A stretch of DNA of 64,000 nucleotides from a virus. Each line of letters starts with the position of its first letter. The first letter of the stretch is position 1. Location of the stretch: the IMG/VR virus record IMGVR_UViG_3300042991_000131, positions 12,821-76,820 of that record. One strand, given 5' to 3'. Positions 20,617 to 31,136 of this stretch are shown in pieces. A program made the translations under genes and the position numbers. The notes below the pieces were generated by a model. It saw only the letters and a program-made list of their open reading frames with translations, had not been told where the DNA came from and did not search any database.

Positions 20617-21935
20617 CAATACTTAATTACGTCGGGCATGAAATGGGTACAACGTACCCTCGTCGTGAAGGTCTAAAACAAGGTCAGTTCATAAATAATA
20701 CCGATAATAAGAAGCACGCTTTGTTTGTGCTTGGTATAACGTCGTTAGGTTATCAGAATGTGCCTTATGATGAAACAATGGATGGTTGGTTCTTAGACGA
20801 AGATGCTCCTAATTATAGTACAGGTGTTCTGCTATTATCCTGTGACGGGCCTCCAGAGGCACCTATAGATGTATCATGTGTGCAATACGCTACGGCTAAT
20901 CCTATAACAAACGTTTCACAGTGCTGGAAAGACTTCATCTGGTTTGACTATGTTAGATCGTTCATAGCTAGCGGTGCTAGTGGCAGTACAACGAAAGCTA
21001 CAAATGCTTTTGTTACAGATGACTATGAGAACGTCAATGAAGTAGACCCTGATTTATCAACACGTGGCATATTTGCCTACACTGCTGCCAGCACAGGATT
21101 ACTATCGCTGGCAGCAATGACAAATTGGCTTATAGCAGTCCGTGGCACAGCTAGTAAAGCAACTTACGGTAATAATAAATATAACCGTGTTGACGGTACG
21201 TTAATATCTGTACCATTCAAGCTACCGGCTTATGTAAATAAATGGGGTTATAAAGGTGGACTTAATCAACTACTAGCTGGTGGTGCTACTGGTTGGAATA
21301 AAACAATACGCGTTGGTTATGTGTTAAAGATACAACCAGCAACAGCTTCATTTACCGGTGACGGTGCCAATAATAAATCAATTGTAAGCGGAACATTAGA
21401 ATATGGCATGGAAGCCAGTGTTATGGCTAAGTATACTACTGCTGTTGTAGGCAGTTCTATATCTTTTGAGCGCCTTGACAATAATCCTCCATATACTGCA
21501 TGCATACCTTATACTACATATACAATGTTACCAGTATCCTCACAGTGTGATTACATTATTAATGCAACGCTTACTATTATAGACGATGCTTATAAAATGG
21601 TGCTTATGGTCACTAAGTTAAAGACTGTTATACCTGCTCCTGTTGCGCCATTATTCGCCGCAGTCGGTATGCATGGTACTACATATTCTTGTGCATATTC
21701 TGCTGTTACACCGACCAAGATGACTGATATAGTTATTGAACAAGTTTTAATGAACACAAATAATATAATCTCATATAGCCTAGACGGCACTACTGGCGGC
21801 ACTATTGACTTTAAGGTTAATGTTGATGTCGATGGAAAGATAACGCTGCTAGAAGTCAAAGCTACGCCAGGAACGACAGCAGTAGATGTTGGTACAGGTA
21901 TCCACGATTACTTCGTACATTACCTAGGAAGCTAA
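20613..21935 (+). CDS. Hypothetical virion protein
   Basis: Coupled to tail operon, Thr/Tyr-rich, AT-rich codons. Confidence 0.5.
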   Translation: MTILNYVGHEMGTTYPRREGLKQGQFINNTDNKKHALFVLGITSLGYQNVPYDETMDGWFLDEDAPNYSTGVLLLSCDGPPEAPIDVSCVQYATANPITNVSQCWKDFIWFDYVRSFIASGASGSTTKATNAFVTDDYENVNEVDPDLSTRGIFAYTAASTGLLSLAAMTNWLIAVRGTASKATYGNNKYNRVDGTLISVPFKLPAYVNKWGYKGGLNQLLAGGATGWNKTIRVGYVLKIQPATASFTGDGANNKSIVSGTLEYGMEASVMAKYTTAVVGSSISFERLDNNPPYTACIPYTTYTMLPVSSQCDYIINATLTIIDDAYKMVLMVTKLKTVIPAPVAPLFAAVGMHGTTYSCAYSAVTPTKMTDIVIEQVLMNTNNIISYSLDGTTGGTIDFKVNVDVDGKITLLEVKATPGTTAVDVGTGIHDYFVHYLGS

Positions 21936-21936
21936 C

Positions 21937-23061
21937 GTGGCTATTCTACACGACATAATAGTTGTTAAAGTTAGCATTAAGTTCAGTTCCACATTAGGCG
22001 ATATATCTGTAGCCAGGAATGCTGATACGGCAGAGGATCTATGGCTTGATCTTGCTAACTCAACTGTGTTACCGTACGAGTTTGGCGGCACGTTATACTA
22101 TTATGCAAGAGTCAGTAATCTTGCATTAACGCGTAACTCAGTAACACGACCTGCTGTTGTATTAGTAGCTTTCCATAGCCATACTAGTCCAGTTGTTCCG
22201 ACGCAGATTGAAGTAGCACAGACTTCAGCTACAAATGCTATTTGCTATCTATTGGACAGCGCCGATGCCAGAATTAAAACTTATGGTACATTGTATGACG
22301 GCGAAGATCAAATATTTAGATATCAGGGCATGTACAATGCAGCAGTTGGTTGGAAGCTTAGACTGCCAACGCCACTGGTTTGGGATAAATCTAATTTAGC
22401 CATCTTGAAACGAGTGCCATCTGGCTATTCAGATCCGTCCAGCGGTAATCTTGAATATTTAGGCGGCCCATCGACACTGTGCGATATTACTGAATTAAAT
22501 AGCTGGCTAGCTACTAACTTACCTGAATATGGTACTACACTTTCTATCTACGGTTATGCAATGTTTCAGCCATATGATTACGTATCAGGTTGGCATATTT
22601 ACGTGAACCATACTGGCCTACAGTTCAAGTTGCGTATCTCAAGTTCTGGTGGCAATAATATGACGTATAGTATTTCTGCCGTCGACTCTAGTGGTCGCTA
22701 TGCTCGTAGAGTAGAAACAGGCGGGCCGTCATGTGGCGGTGGAAATGTGAATGCTGGCGATAACATTTGTGACGTAACAACTAGCACTACTAGTCTAGGT
22801 GGCATAGGCTTAAGTGGCAAGCCATTAACTGGCGTCTATTCAGACGGCACAACTGGTAACTTGCCGCCTGCTGCTTCATTAACAGGCACAGCACGTTTCG
22901 GTTCAGCCTCAAATAATATCTACTCAACACTTACATTTACTCTAGGTGTTACAAATGGCAGGTACTCCAGCCTATCCTTAACCGGCACTTGTGCTTGGTC
23001 TGCACTTGACGTAATAGATGGGTACGCAATAGTTCAAGGAGCAGGAGGGTCTAAAGTATGA
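21937..23061 (+). CDS. Hypothetical virion protein
   Basis: Ser/Thr/Gly-rich; tail operon. Confidence 0.5.
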   Translation: MAILHDIIVVKVSIKFSSTLGDISVARNADTAEDLWLDLANSTVLPYEFGGTLYYYARVSNLALTRNSVTRPAVVLVAFHSHTSPVVPTQIEVAQTSATNAICYLLDSADARIKTYGTLYDGEDQIFRYQGMYNAAVGWKLRLPTPLVWDKSNLAILKRVPSGYSDPSSGNLEYLGGPSTLCDITELNSWLATNLPEYGTTLSIYGYAMFQPYDYVSGWHIYVNHTGLQFKLRISSSGGNNMTYSISAVDSSGRYARRVETGGPSCGGGNVNAGDNICDVTTSTTSLGGIGLSGKPLTGVYSDGTTGNLPPAASLTGTARFGSASNNIYSTLTFTLGVTNGRYSSLSLTGTCAWSALDVIDGYAIVQGAGGSKV

Positions 23062-24101
23062 GAGTATTTCTTAATCCTCATCCTAAGTTCGGAGTGTTCA
23101 TAAGAGATTACTTATCGTTTGTGCATGCTTGGTACAAAGAGGGTGACGTTATCTGCTGTAAGAAAGAATGGGAATACTATTTGCCAGGTCCATGTGAAGA
23201 GATAACAGATGCTGAGGCATGGACTAAATATGGTAAGAGTATAGCATATATTGGTAATGTCGATATCAAGCCTAGCATTGTAGTTTCTGATCCTATAGAA
23301 TGTGACATAGTAATCTCACCTAGAGCTAAGTGTGGCGACCGTAAAGATAATTATGATTGGGCAGGTCTTGTCACAAAACTTAAAGCTGCTGGTAGACATG
23401 TTACAGTTATCGGGCACGAGAAACAGTCGCAAGAAGTTAAAGCAGATCAGTATAGCTGGAATATTGAGCGTGGTGATATAAGATTAATGGCTGGTGCTAA
23501 GATGGCAATTACACTTGACTCAGGCGTCGGGCATCTGGCCTCATTACTTAATACACCGCAACTAGTTATATATGAGAAATCTGGCTATGAAAATGCTAAT
23601 CTTGAACTTGAACCTGGCCTATATAGTCAGATGCGTTTTAATGATATGGCCGCTTGGAATGAGCGATTCGCAAAACCAGTCTATTCGCAGGATGAAATTA
23701 TGGCCATAGTCAATAGTGAAATAATTTACGTAACTGATAAAGAACTTGAGTATCTTAAGGGCTTCAACGTCAGTAGCACAAAGTATAAAGCTGGCTCTGT
23801 TTTCCATTCTCCTAATGCTACGCTAATCATGCGTAGCGATGGTAACACTTATACTAAAACACCTGGCTTAATAAAGAAGGCATTTAATCTTACTGTTACG
23901 ATAGCAGAAGCTACGGCAGGTGTAATAGCTGGTGACGATCTACTAGTGCCTGAGCTAGTGGCTAATCACAGAATGCAGCTCTGCAAGAGTTGCAGTTATC
24001 ATGATGCTGAGGCTTTCTGTAGATCATGTGGTTGTATAACAGAAGCTAAGGTCAAGTTGACAAAAGCCAGATGCCCAATTGGGCTTTGGTCTAGTCTCTA
24101 G
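23058..24101 (+). CDS. GT9 (heptosyltransferase)-like glycosyltransferase with C-terminal Cys-rich domain
   Basis: ITLDSGVGHLASLLNTPQLVIY motif; CxxC..CxxCGC...K.....CP.G.W tail. Confidence 0.65.
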   Translation: MRVFLNPHPKFGVFIRDYLSFVHAWYKEGDVICCKKEWEYYLPGPCEEITDAEAWTKYGKSIAYIGNVDIKPSIVVSDPIECDIVISPRAKCGDRKDNYDWAGLVTKLKAAGRHVTVIGHEKQSQEVKADQYSWNIERGDIRLMAGAKMAITLDSGVGHLASLLNTPQLVIYEKSGYENANLELEPGLYSQMRFNDMAAWNERFAKPVYSQDEIMAIVNSEIIYVTDKELEYLKGFNVSSTKYKAGSVFHSPNATLIMRSDGNTYTKTPGLIKKAFNLTVTIAEATAGVIAGDDLLVPELVANHRMQLCKSCSYHDAEAFCRSCGCITEAKVKLTKARCPIGLWSSL

Positions 24102-24107
24102 AAACGA

Positions 24108-24149
24108 AGAGGCCCAGGCAGGATTATCCTGCCTGGGCCTCTCTGTTTT
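24108..24149. terminator. Terminator between convergent operons, probably bidirectional
   Basis: AGAGGCCCAGGCAGGA-TTA-TCCTGCCTGGGCCTCT, 16-bp stem. Confidence 0.75.
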
Positions 24150-24835
24150 CAGAATAGTCCGCCAGCCTTCAGTAGTCGCTTGTAGACTTCAGCAGTCTTC
24201 AAGCAATCGGCTAGCGCATCGTGAGCCTTGTCTCCGCCAATCCCGAGCGTGGTAGCTAGGTACTGCAAGTTAACCTTCGGGAAGGGTACCTTCTCAGCAC
24301 GCATACCAGCGCGGTCATTCATGAACAGTGCGCTATTCATCGTATCACGATAGTGATAATGGAAATATTGATTGTACTGCTCAACACCGAGCCAGGCTTG
24401 AATAAAAGCCTTGTCGAAGCTGTAGTTCTGACCAAGCGGCATAATCTTGTTGCCATTGCCATACTTGTTGTTCTTGATGCCAAGCTTCTTGAACCAAGCC
24501 TCAAACATATCGGCAGCCTTATCGCGGTCGAAGCCGGTGTTCATGATGTTGGCCATGTCGAGCTTGTTAATCTCGATGGCCTTAGCATCTACGCGCTCGG
24601 GATAGTTGGGCTTCAAGTTCACATAGAAGGGCATCATGCCCTTTAGCGGATTGAAGTTGCTATCAAGGGCTATGACACAAATCTGCACAATCTCGTGGAA
24701 GTTCGGATCCAGACCAGTTGTCTCAGTATCCATGACACAACACATGTTGTTGTTGAAATGTACCATAGCGTAATTGCCTGGATCGAAAGGCTCATTAGCT
24801 ACTTCCTTGTCCAGATTAGTAATAGTATCTGCCAT
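24149..24835 (-). CDS. DEDDh 3'-5' exonuclease (DnaQ-like)
   Basis: DTETTGL, N.SFD, HDALAD motifs. Confidence 0.85.
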   Translation of the reverse strand: MADTITNLDKEVANEPFDPGNYAMVHFNNNMCCVMDTETTGLDPNFHEIVQICVIALDSNFNPLKGMMPFYVNLKPNYPERVDAKAIEINKLDMANIMNTGFDRDKAADMFEAWFKKLGIKNNKYGNGNKIMPLGQNYSFDKAFIQAWLGVEQYNQYFHYHYRDTMNSALFMNDRAGMRAEKVPFPKVNLQYLATTLGIGGDKAHDALADCLKTAEVYKRLLKAGGLF

Positions 24836-24837
24836 GA

Positions 24838-25359
24838 CTATGTTCCTTCGTGAGCGTAGAGTGTGCGATTAACTATCTTTGACAGCTTCGGCCTTGATAG
24901 ACCATACTTACTACATATCTCTTTGTTATTTATACCAGATCCATGCATCTTGCGAATGTTAACTATGTCCTCATCAGAAAATCGTTGACGAGGATTGCCA
25001 TCTTGAGACCATTTAATGCGTTGCGCCTTTGGAATATCGGTGAAGTTCGCGCTGTCATTACCTATCAGGATATTATCTGGAAGATTATTAAGCTTATTAT
25101 TGTCCTTATGTCTGACGACAATCGCTTCAAGAAATATCTTATCTCCAAATTTCTGATAGGCTTGAAGCCTGTGCACAAATATATTAACCGATTTTGTCTC
25201 ATACTGTATACAGAAAGTAAGATACTCGTTTCGTACACAACCATCCAGTATCTTGCCTACAGGATTAACTATCTTGCCAGTTGCACTAATCTTGTAGCCT
25301 TTCTTGGCTGCATAGATTAGTGCTCTATTAGCAAGTGTAGGAGTATCCAGAAACAACAC
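24838..25359 (-). CDS. HNH homing endonuclease with C-terminal HTH
   Basis: VHRL...VRHKDNNKLNN..DNI. Confidence 0.8.
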   Translation of the reverse strand: MLFLDTPTLANRALIYAAKKGYKISATGKIVNPVGKILDGCVRNEYLTFCIQYETKSVNIFVHRLQAYQKFGDKIFLEAIVVRHKDNNKLNNLPDNILIGNDSANFTDIPKAQRIKWSQDGNPRQRFSDEDIVNIRKMHGSGINNKEICSKYGLSRPKLSKIVNRTLYAHEGT

Positions 25360-25619
25360 TATTTCTTCCTTATCGGGATGAGTAGTGCGCGGACAACCTT
25401 GGTACCTTTATGCTTCCAGTACCTAGCTTGGCTTCTGGAACCGTAGACAACTATATGAGCTTCATCTGGTTGTTCTTCCATCCAGCCTAACTTAGCACCG
25501 GACTTGACCAACTGGTCAATAGCAGTAATCTGATCAGCTAGTAGCTCAAGCTCCTTGCGCTTGTTGCGTGGTAGCTTGGCTGTCTGCCTAGTTATGAAGT
25601 TACCTTTTGACGTACTCAT
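25359..25619 (-). CDS. Hypothetical protein
   Basis: Operon packing; ATG at 25619. Confidence 0.5.
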   Translation of the reverse strand: MSTSKGNFITRQTAKLPRNKRKELELLADQITAIDQLVKSGAKLGWMEEQPDEAHIVVYGSRSQARYWKHKGTKVVRALLIPIRKK

Positions 25620-25779
25620 TGAGCGCCCTTTCAAGAGCTTGTTGGAGTTCAGCGGGATCATACTCTATAGGCATAACGCCGGCATTGACACTTATATGTA
25701 TATCGTATATCTGGTCACGAAAGATGTAGCCCTTGGCTTCCTTCGTACTGTGCTGGACGAACATTCTTTCAATGAGCAT
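25600..25779 (-). CDS. Hypothetical protein
   Basis: ATG at 25779 with AAGGA RBS. Confidence 0.45.
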   Translation of the reverse strand: MLIERMFVQHSTKEAKGYIFRDQIYDIHISVNAGVMPIEYDPAELQQALERALNEYVKR

Positions 25780-26644
25780 TGCTTTCCTTAATCCAGAGTT
25801 TCTCGGTGGCATCACCACGATTAGTGTCACCGTGGCTCTTGTTGTTCTCGTCAGTGAAGGCTAACGCCTTGGCTGTCGATCTAACATCCCAATGGAATAC
25901 CTTATCCCAGGGCTGCTTGTCGTACAGTGGATTAGGATATCCGCTGATAGCGACGAAGCCCTTGAGCGTAAATATCGTCTCGATGAGCTTCGTATGTTGC
26001 TCAATGCTCATTTCATATTCATACGTGCCGCGGAATGCATCTACATACGGCGGATCAAGGTAGAACACAGTATCGACGCTATCATAGTCGCGCAGTATAT
26101 TGCTCCAGTCAGCGTTCTCTATTTGGACTTGCTTGAACCGATCATGAATCTCAGGAAGCGACCTAAGACCATTCCTAATCTTTCCAGCAAGACTACCGTC
26201 ACCGCCAGTAGAACGACCCCAATTACGACCAAGACTACCAAAGGAATAATTAACCATAGCGAACCAACGTCCAGCCCTTTCAACAGGATCCTTCTGATCT
26301 TGCCACGTATCCCGGTTTGCCAGGAACTCTTCCCGGCTATGTAGAGTATTGTCCAACCAAGCACAGAGACGATCAAAGAGAACGCGATCACGCATGCAAC
26401 GATAGAAATCAGTAACGCCTGAATGTCGATCATTGAATACCTCTAGCTTGCTTTTGGGCCGATTAAGCGTGATAACTGCACTGCCACCGAATACCTCTAC
26501 CCAAACCTTGCGTACAGGCAGGTGCTCCATGATGTATTTCACGGAGCGGCTTTTACCACCTGGATAACTGAATGGTGCTTTGACGATTGTTTCGCGCTTC
26601 TCGGACTGTTCACTCTGTGCATCGAGGCTATCGAAAAGCGTCAT
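25769..26644 (-). CDS. DNA N6-adenine methyltransferase (Dam/D12 class)
   Basis: YPGGKS, EVFGGS, FYLDPPY motifs. Confidence 0.9.
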   Translation of the reverse strand: MTLFDSLDAQSEQSEKRETIVKAPFSYPGGKSRSVKYIMEHLPVRKVWVEVFGGSAVITLNRPKSKLEVFNDRHSGVTDFYRCMRDRVLFDRLCAWLDNTLHSREEFLANRDTWQDQKDPVERAGRWFAMVNYSFGSLGRNWGRSTGGDGSLAGKIRNGLRSLPEIHDRFKQVQIENADWSNILRDYDSVDTVFYLDPPYVDAFRGTYEYEMSIEQHTKLIETIFTLKGFVAISGYPNPLYDKQPWDKVFHWDVRSTAKALAFTDENNKSHGDTNRGDATEKLWIKESNAH

Positions 26645-27207
26645 TTCCGTGTCCTGTAGAAGATTTGCTCGATCAGTCCGTCAAGCTGATAATGACTACC
26701 ACTGTTGTCAAACACGATATCGAACATATAATCGGGAATGGGCATTTCACTCGCATGCAGGAGGCCAAGCATGCGCCTGATATGCCAGATAGCGCGCATG
26801 AATATGTTACTCACCTGTATACCACGACCTTTCAGCTTAACCGTAACGACACTCCCGACGATACCAAATGACTTAGCGGCTTCATACTCATTGCGGAACC
26901 TAAGGTCATCGCAGATGATTACCTCGTTGTCAAGTTCCAGGTCAACGAGTGCTTTCTTCCACTTGCTGACCCACAGATCCTCGCTGATGCACTTGCGGCC
27001 ACACTCAGTACCAAGGAGTTGAAGCAGGCGACGACCCTTAGCATCCTTCTTCCCGTCCCAGCCAAGTAGCTTGGCATAGTCCTTGAGTGGCTTAGCGAAG
27101 GGCAGCACAGTAGCTGTATGCCCCTCCATCTTAGCCCTCTCAGCAATAAGATTGGCTATGGTCGATTTGCCGCTGCCCATAGGGCCATGTAGAACAACGA
27201 TAATCAC
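26641..27207 (-). CDS. Deoxynucleoside monophosphate kinase
   Basis: GPMGSGKST, FAKPLK, RRLLQ.LGTE, DDLRF.NE, HASE. Confidence 0.85.
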   Translation of the reverse strand: MIIVVLHGPMGSGKSTIANLIAERAKMEGHTATVLPFAKPLKDYAKLLGWDGKKDAKGRRLLQLLGTECGRKCISEDLWVSKWKKALVDLELDNEVIICDDLRFRNEYEAAKSFGIVGSVVTVKLKGRGIQVSNIFMRAIWHIRRMLGLLHASEMPIPDYMFDIVFDNSGSHYQLDGLIEQIFYRTRK

Positions 27208-27392
27208 GGTGTGACCTCCGGTGCGCTCATGCGCTCGATGCTATCAGCTAGCACCTTCAATTGGAGGCCGAAAACACGAGCTTCATTTGGCGTAAGCTCC
27301 ACATGAAGAGTAACGCCATTCGAGTTTTCAAGACCCAAGAGTATTGCAGGCTTTTTGTTCTCGGTAGGCAGGATGCCAGCTAGGACTTTCAT
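27204..27392 (-). CDS. Hypothetical protein
   Basis: Overlapping stop/start coupling. Confidence 0.5.
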   Translation of the reverse strand: MKVLAGILPTENKKPAILLGLENSNGVTLHVELTPNEARVFGLQLKVLADSIERMSAPEVTP

Positions 27393-27580
27393 GGTTTCTC
27401 TCCGTAAGCGTAAAGCCCTTCACGGGCGGTTGTGGTGACTTCAGCAGGGATATTGACACCAACCCAATAATGCTTACCTTTGTACTCTACATCGAACTTG
27501 GCCGTGTACTCATTCTCGAAGGCATCGCGCATCTGGAGATACTCATCTGGCATCAGGGATTCGAGTAGTTCACTAATCAT
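27389..27580 (-). CDS. Hypothetical protein
   Basis: Overlapping stop/start coupling. Confidence 0.5.
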   Translation of the reverse strand: MISELLESLMPDEYLQMRDAFENEYTAKFDVEYKGKHYWVGVNIPAEVTTTAREGLYAYGEKP

Positions 27581-30264
27581 GACACTAGATCCAGGAAGGT
27601 ATCAATCAACGTCCAGATTTTACCCTCTTCAACAACCTGTGGCTGAGCCTTGAACTCGATGTTACCAATGTAGAATTGATTATCCTTACGGCTACGACCC
27701 TTCGGGAAGTGATGCGGTAACTCTTTGCCTACACGTATCTTCGACCAGCGGCTAACCTGATTCGGGTCACACTTCTCAAGGAACCTATCGTAGAGGTCGC
27801 TGAACTTGAGCGTGGCTCCTGGCTTCTTAATCGTATACTCATCGAGGAACACTTCAAGCTCATTTCTGTTCAAGCTCTGGGCAAGCAGCTTATCTTCAGT
27901 TTCGATGGCCGGAATATTGAGGCGATCATTAGAAGCAGGTAGCTCTAGATTCAATACCTCAGCTAGAAAGTCAGGTGCCTCCTTCTCCAGCAGCACAGTT
28001 ATTTGCTTCCTAGGGATTAGATCCGCAACAGGGATCCGCTCCACATGGATCATAACGATACGAGTATCTTCCCCAAATATGGGACAGGACTGATAATCGT
28101 TAGAGCATTGTACCCAGTGGGTCGTATTCGGGACTTGGTAGGGCGTGCCGCCCTTAGGATGAATAAGAAGCTCACGCCCAGTGACCCAATCTTTAATCCT
28201 ATTATATGCCACCTTATTATTCTTGAGGTCGATTTCTTCGACCGAACAAAGGATAGCTCCATGAAGCTCATCATTGAATCCTTGCTGTGATGTTAGAGCA
28301 GCTTCTGCCTTCTGGCATCCTTTAGTCAGGAGAAGCTGTATACTCTCCCAGAAACTACTCTTACCAGTGTTCTGTTCCTTGCTGTGGAAGAATAGATATG
28401 GCAGCGGTTGGCCAGGCTCTCGCAGCATGCTGGCGATCCAGCATTTCAGGTAGTCTGCGCCGGTGAGTATACCGTTACTCTTGCACCAGGGATTTTTCTT
28501 AACTGCCTCGTTAAGTCCCTTGCCACAGTGATTGAGAATCTTTTGCCATGTTGGGTACTGGAGATTATCTGTATCTTGTGTTGGTGTGAACCGAAACTGA
28601 GCAGCGTTCCTGTTCCATTCGCGGTCGCCGGGATACTCAGACTGGAAAGGCTTATTCACAATCCGCCATGGACGTAGAACAGCACCACCAACTACACCAG
28701 TGACCTCTTCACCTTTGAGGCCAGTCGATGCCAGTGCCTTGAGTACGTGACTCAGAGGCTCAGCACACCATTCGATATCAGACTTGATTACCCAACCAGC
28801 ATCCTCGCCGCCACTAACAAGGTGCCGTGTCATATCGTCATAGTTACCAACTTCAACCTCAGTCTTAGCAGTTGTCTGCGTGTTGTAGAGTCGGATCCAC
28901 TTATCCTTCTCAGGTAACCAGCCAGGCATTTCCTCTGCCTTATCGCTATCCTTACGCTCGACCGTGACCTGTAATCTTCCGTCTTTGTGATGCTTGAGCT
29001 TTGTCTCGCGTGTCGAGTAATGGCTTGTTAGATTAAGATGCACACCAAGTAGAGCAGCAGCCTTCATGGCCGTCTCAGACTCTCTGAAATTGAACGCTCC
29101 CTTTGTATCTTCTAATCCACCAAACGATTTGGCGGCCGTTGGTAGGTCTGCCTCGCGATTCAGATAGCACCGAGTCCAGCCACTAGAATCTTGCGTCCAC
29201 GACTCATGTTCCTGCACACCCATACCGAAACGGCGTACAGACCATGAGCCACGACGTTGTGGATATGCAAAAACGTTCTGGCCATTAAGATCCTTACCTT
29301 GAGATGATGTATCGAACACGCCTTTAAGCCCAAGGTCTGTGTGAGCTTTTTTGAGCCATACAGTATGTGTAACAAGCATATGATTATCTTGATCCCACCA
29401 CCACATTGCATCGTTGGTCTTAAGATACTCGATCAGCTTCTTATGCTCATCATCCAGAGGAATCTTAGGTTGCTTACCAGTAAGCTCCTCGAAAACATCA
29501 GTCTGACCAGCAGACTCAATATCTTGTGGCAGATTCTTGCGACGGGTGCCGCTAATCACCTTAACGTGATCTTTCCAGTTAGCTGGAACATCCGTCAGTA
29601 CACAACCCTGCTTAATCATTGTCAGGCCATCTGTACCAACCATCTTACGTGCCCATACCCACATATTACCGCCACAAGTGTCTACTTTAGACACATAATC
29701 GTAGCCTGTCAACGCAGATAGCTTACCTAGGATAGCACGTGCAAGAGCAGCATGCTCCGTGTGCGTATTCGTAGGTACTTCATCTAGCAGTACATATAGG
29801 TGTAGACCCTTACCAGCGGTAGACTTGCGTACTGTGACCCAATCAACATTCATTGCAGCTTGCTTAACCTTCTCAAGTTCCTCGTTGCTTAGCTTCTTCG
29901 TATGTTTGTCACTGTGACCAGTAATCGCATCAAAGTCAAAAGCTACCCAGCGAGAAACCTTGTTGAACCAATCCCAGCCAGTCATACCGATAGCTTCGGC
30001 ATGAGCGGCCAGATCGTACTTCATGTCTGAGTCTTTGTACTCAGGCTCAGTATTAGCCTTGTACGGAATACGGAAAGGCTTCCAAGTGGTAGCTCCGTCC
30101 GACCATCCCTGCCAACGCTTGCCCTTGAACTCACCCTCTATACGCTCACCGCCATCTTGTGCGACGTTAATCTGCACTTCCATGTTGTGATTATAGAGCT
30201 TTGCCAGGTCTTCACGCGTCACAGCGTGAAGGAACCTGCTAATCGCTTCAGTCTTTGTCGGCAC
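27577..30264 (-). CDS. Primase-helicase (AEP-like N-terminus plus SF3-type ATPase)
   Basis: DFD and STAGKGLHLY primase motifs; QNTGKS Walker A, VEE, SN motifs. Confidence 0.75.
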   Translation of the reverse strand: MPTKTEAISRFLHAVTREDLAKLYNHNMEVQINVAQDGGERIEGEFKGKRWQGWSDGATTWKPFRIPYKANTEPEYKDSDMKYDLAAHAEAIGMTGWDWFNKVSRWVAFDFDAITGHSDKHTKKLSNEELEKVKQAAMNVDWVTVRKSTAGKGLHLYVLLDEVPTNTHTEHAALARAILGKLSALTGYDYVSKVDTCGGNMWVWARKMVGTDGLTMIKQGCVLTDVPANWKDHVKVISGTRRKNLPQDIESAGQTDVFEELTGKQPKIPLDDEHKKLIEYLKTNDAMWWWDQDNHMLVTHTVWLKKAHTDLGLKGVFDTSSQGKDLNGQNVFAYPQRRGSWSVRRFGMGVQEHESWTQDSSGWTRCYLNREADLPTAAKSFGGLEDTKGAFNFRESETAMKAAALLGVHLNLTSHYSTRETKLKHHKDGRLQVTVERKDSDKAEEMPGWLPEKDKWIRLYNTQTTAKTEVEVGNYDDMTRHLVSGGEDAGWVIKSDIEWCAEPLSHVLKALASTGLKGEEVTGVVGGAVLRPWRIVNKPFQSEYPGDREWNRNAAQFRFTPTQDTDNLQYPTWQKILNHCGKGLNEAVKKNPWCKSNGILTGADYLKCWIASMLREPGQPLPYLFFHSKEQNTGKSSFWESIQLLLTKGCQKAEAALTSQQGFNDELHGAILCSVEEIDLKNNKVAYNRIKDWVTGRELLIHPKGGTPYQVPNTTHWVQCSNDYQSCPIFGEDTRIVMIHVERIPVADLIPRKQITVLLEKEAPDFLAEVLNLELPASNDRLNIPAIETEDKLLAQSLNRNELEVFLDEYTIKKPGATLKFSDLYDRFLEKCDPNQVSRWSKIRVGKELPHHFPKGRSRKDNQFYIGNIEFKAQPQVVEEGKIWTLIDTFLDLVS

Positions 30265-30306
30265 ATCAGTCCTTTCCAGGTTGATGGTTAATCGTAAATG
30301 GCCTTC

Positions 30307-30337
30307 TTGATTTGATTACAACGTGTAATCAAATCAA
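30307..30337. promoter_or_regulatory. 14-bp inverted repeat, putative operator
   Basis: TTGATTTGATTACA-ACG-TGTAATCAAATCAA. Confidence 0.6.
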
Positions 30338-30401
30338 CTTGATATTTACTGGTATCTTAAAAGTACCGACATATCACTGATATATGTAGCTGACTGCTTA
30401 C

Positions 30402-30433
30402 TGACTAGACGGCAAAAGGACTGCAAAATATAA
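30402..30433 (-). promoter_or_regulatory. Phage-specific promoter motif, leftward copy
   Basis: Reverse strand TTATATTTT-GCAGTCCT-TTTGCCGT-C-TAGTCA upstream of primase operon. Confidence 0.6.
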
Positions 30434-30836
30434 TGGTTATATTTTATTTTACGGTATCAAACTATGCAATAACTCATTTCTTTTCTGGTTACTGAAAAGT
30501 CACTTTTGTAAAGTGTTCCAGGGTAATGGCTTACGGAATGTCTGACTAGGCCCCGTTTCCTTATCTTTCCTATAACCCTAATTTTATTTATTATTATTCT
30601 ATTAAAGGATAAAGGAAGATAGTAATAGTAAAGCGGTAAGTCGCTAGCATATAAGCACTTATAGACCGCTAAAAATTGACTAATTTTGTACAATTTGCCG
30701 TAATGTTGTAAGTCATTGCTACAACTCACGCTTGACAAAAATTGTCAGACTGTTTTATAGGTTCAAGTGGACCCATGCACCAGGGCCGAGCCGTCAAACT
30801 GGACCCTAGAACACTGCCAGGATCGACGCTAGCCCT

Positions 30837-30921
30837 GTTTCCTGTTGATCCTAGCGACTATTCCGGCGGAATGGTGCTAGGTTGTCGTCCGCTATATTAG
30901 TCGCTAGGATCGACGGGAAAC
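30837..30921 (+). repeat. 24-bp inverted repeat/long hairpin
   Basis: GTTTCCTGTTGATCCTAGCGACTA / TAGTCGCTAGGATCGACGGGAAAC with two G-U pairs. Confidence 0.7.
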
Positions 30922-30925
30922 CCGG

Positions 30926-30956
30926 TTATATTTTACGACCCTTTGCCGTGTAGGCT
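30926..30956 (+). promoter_or_regulatory. Phage-specific promoter motif, rightward copy
   Basis: TTATATTTT-ACGACCC-TTTGCCGT-G-TAGGCT upstream of first ParB-like gene. Confidence 0.6.
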
Positions 30957-31136
30957 ATTGACAGACACTCGAAAAGACGCTAATTTCGAGTTACGAGTAA
31001 CTCATAAATCAACCGATTATTGAGGTACTCATAATTCGTTAATCATTCCGATTGACGAATTGAACTGCTAATCATCCTTACCATGTGGATGATTAGTTAA
31101 CCTATTCTAGTGCTGCGCAGCACAAGGAGAACACAC

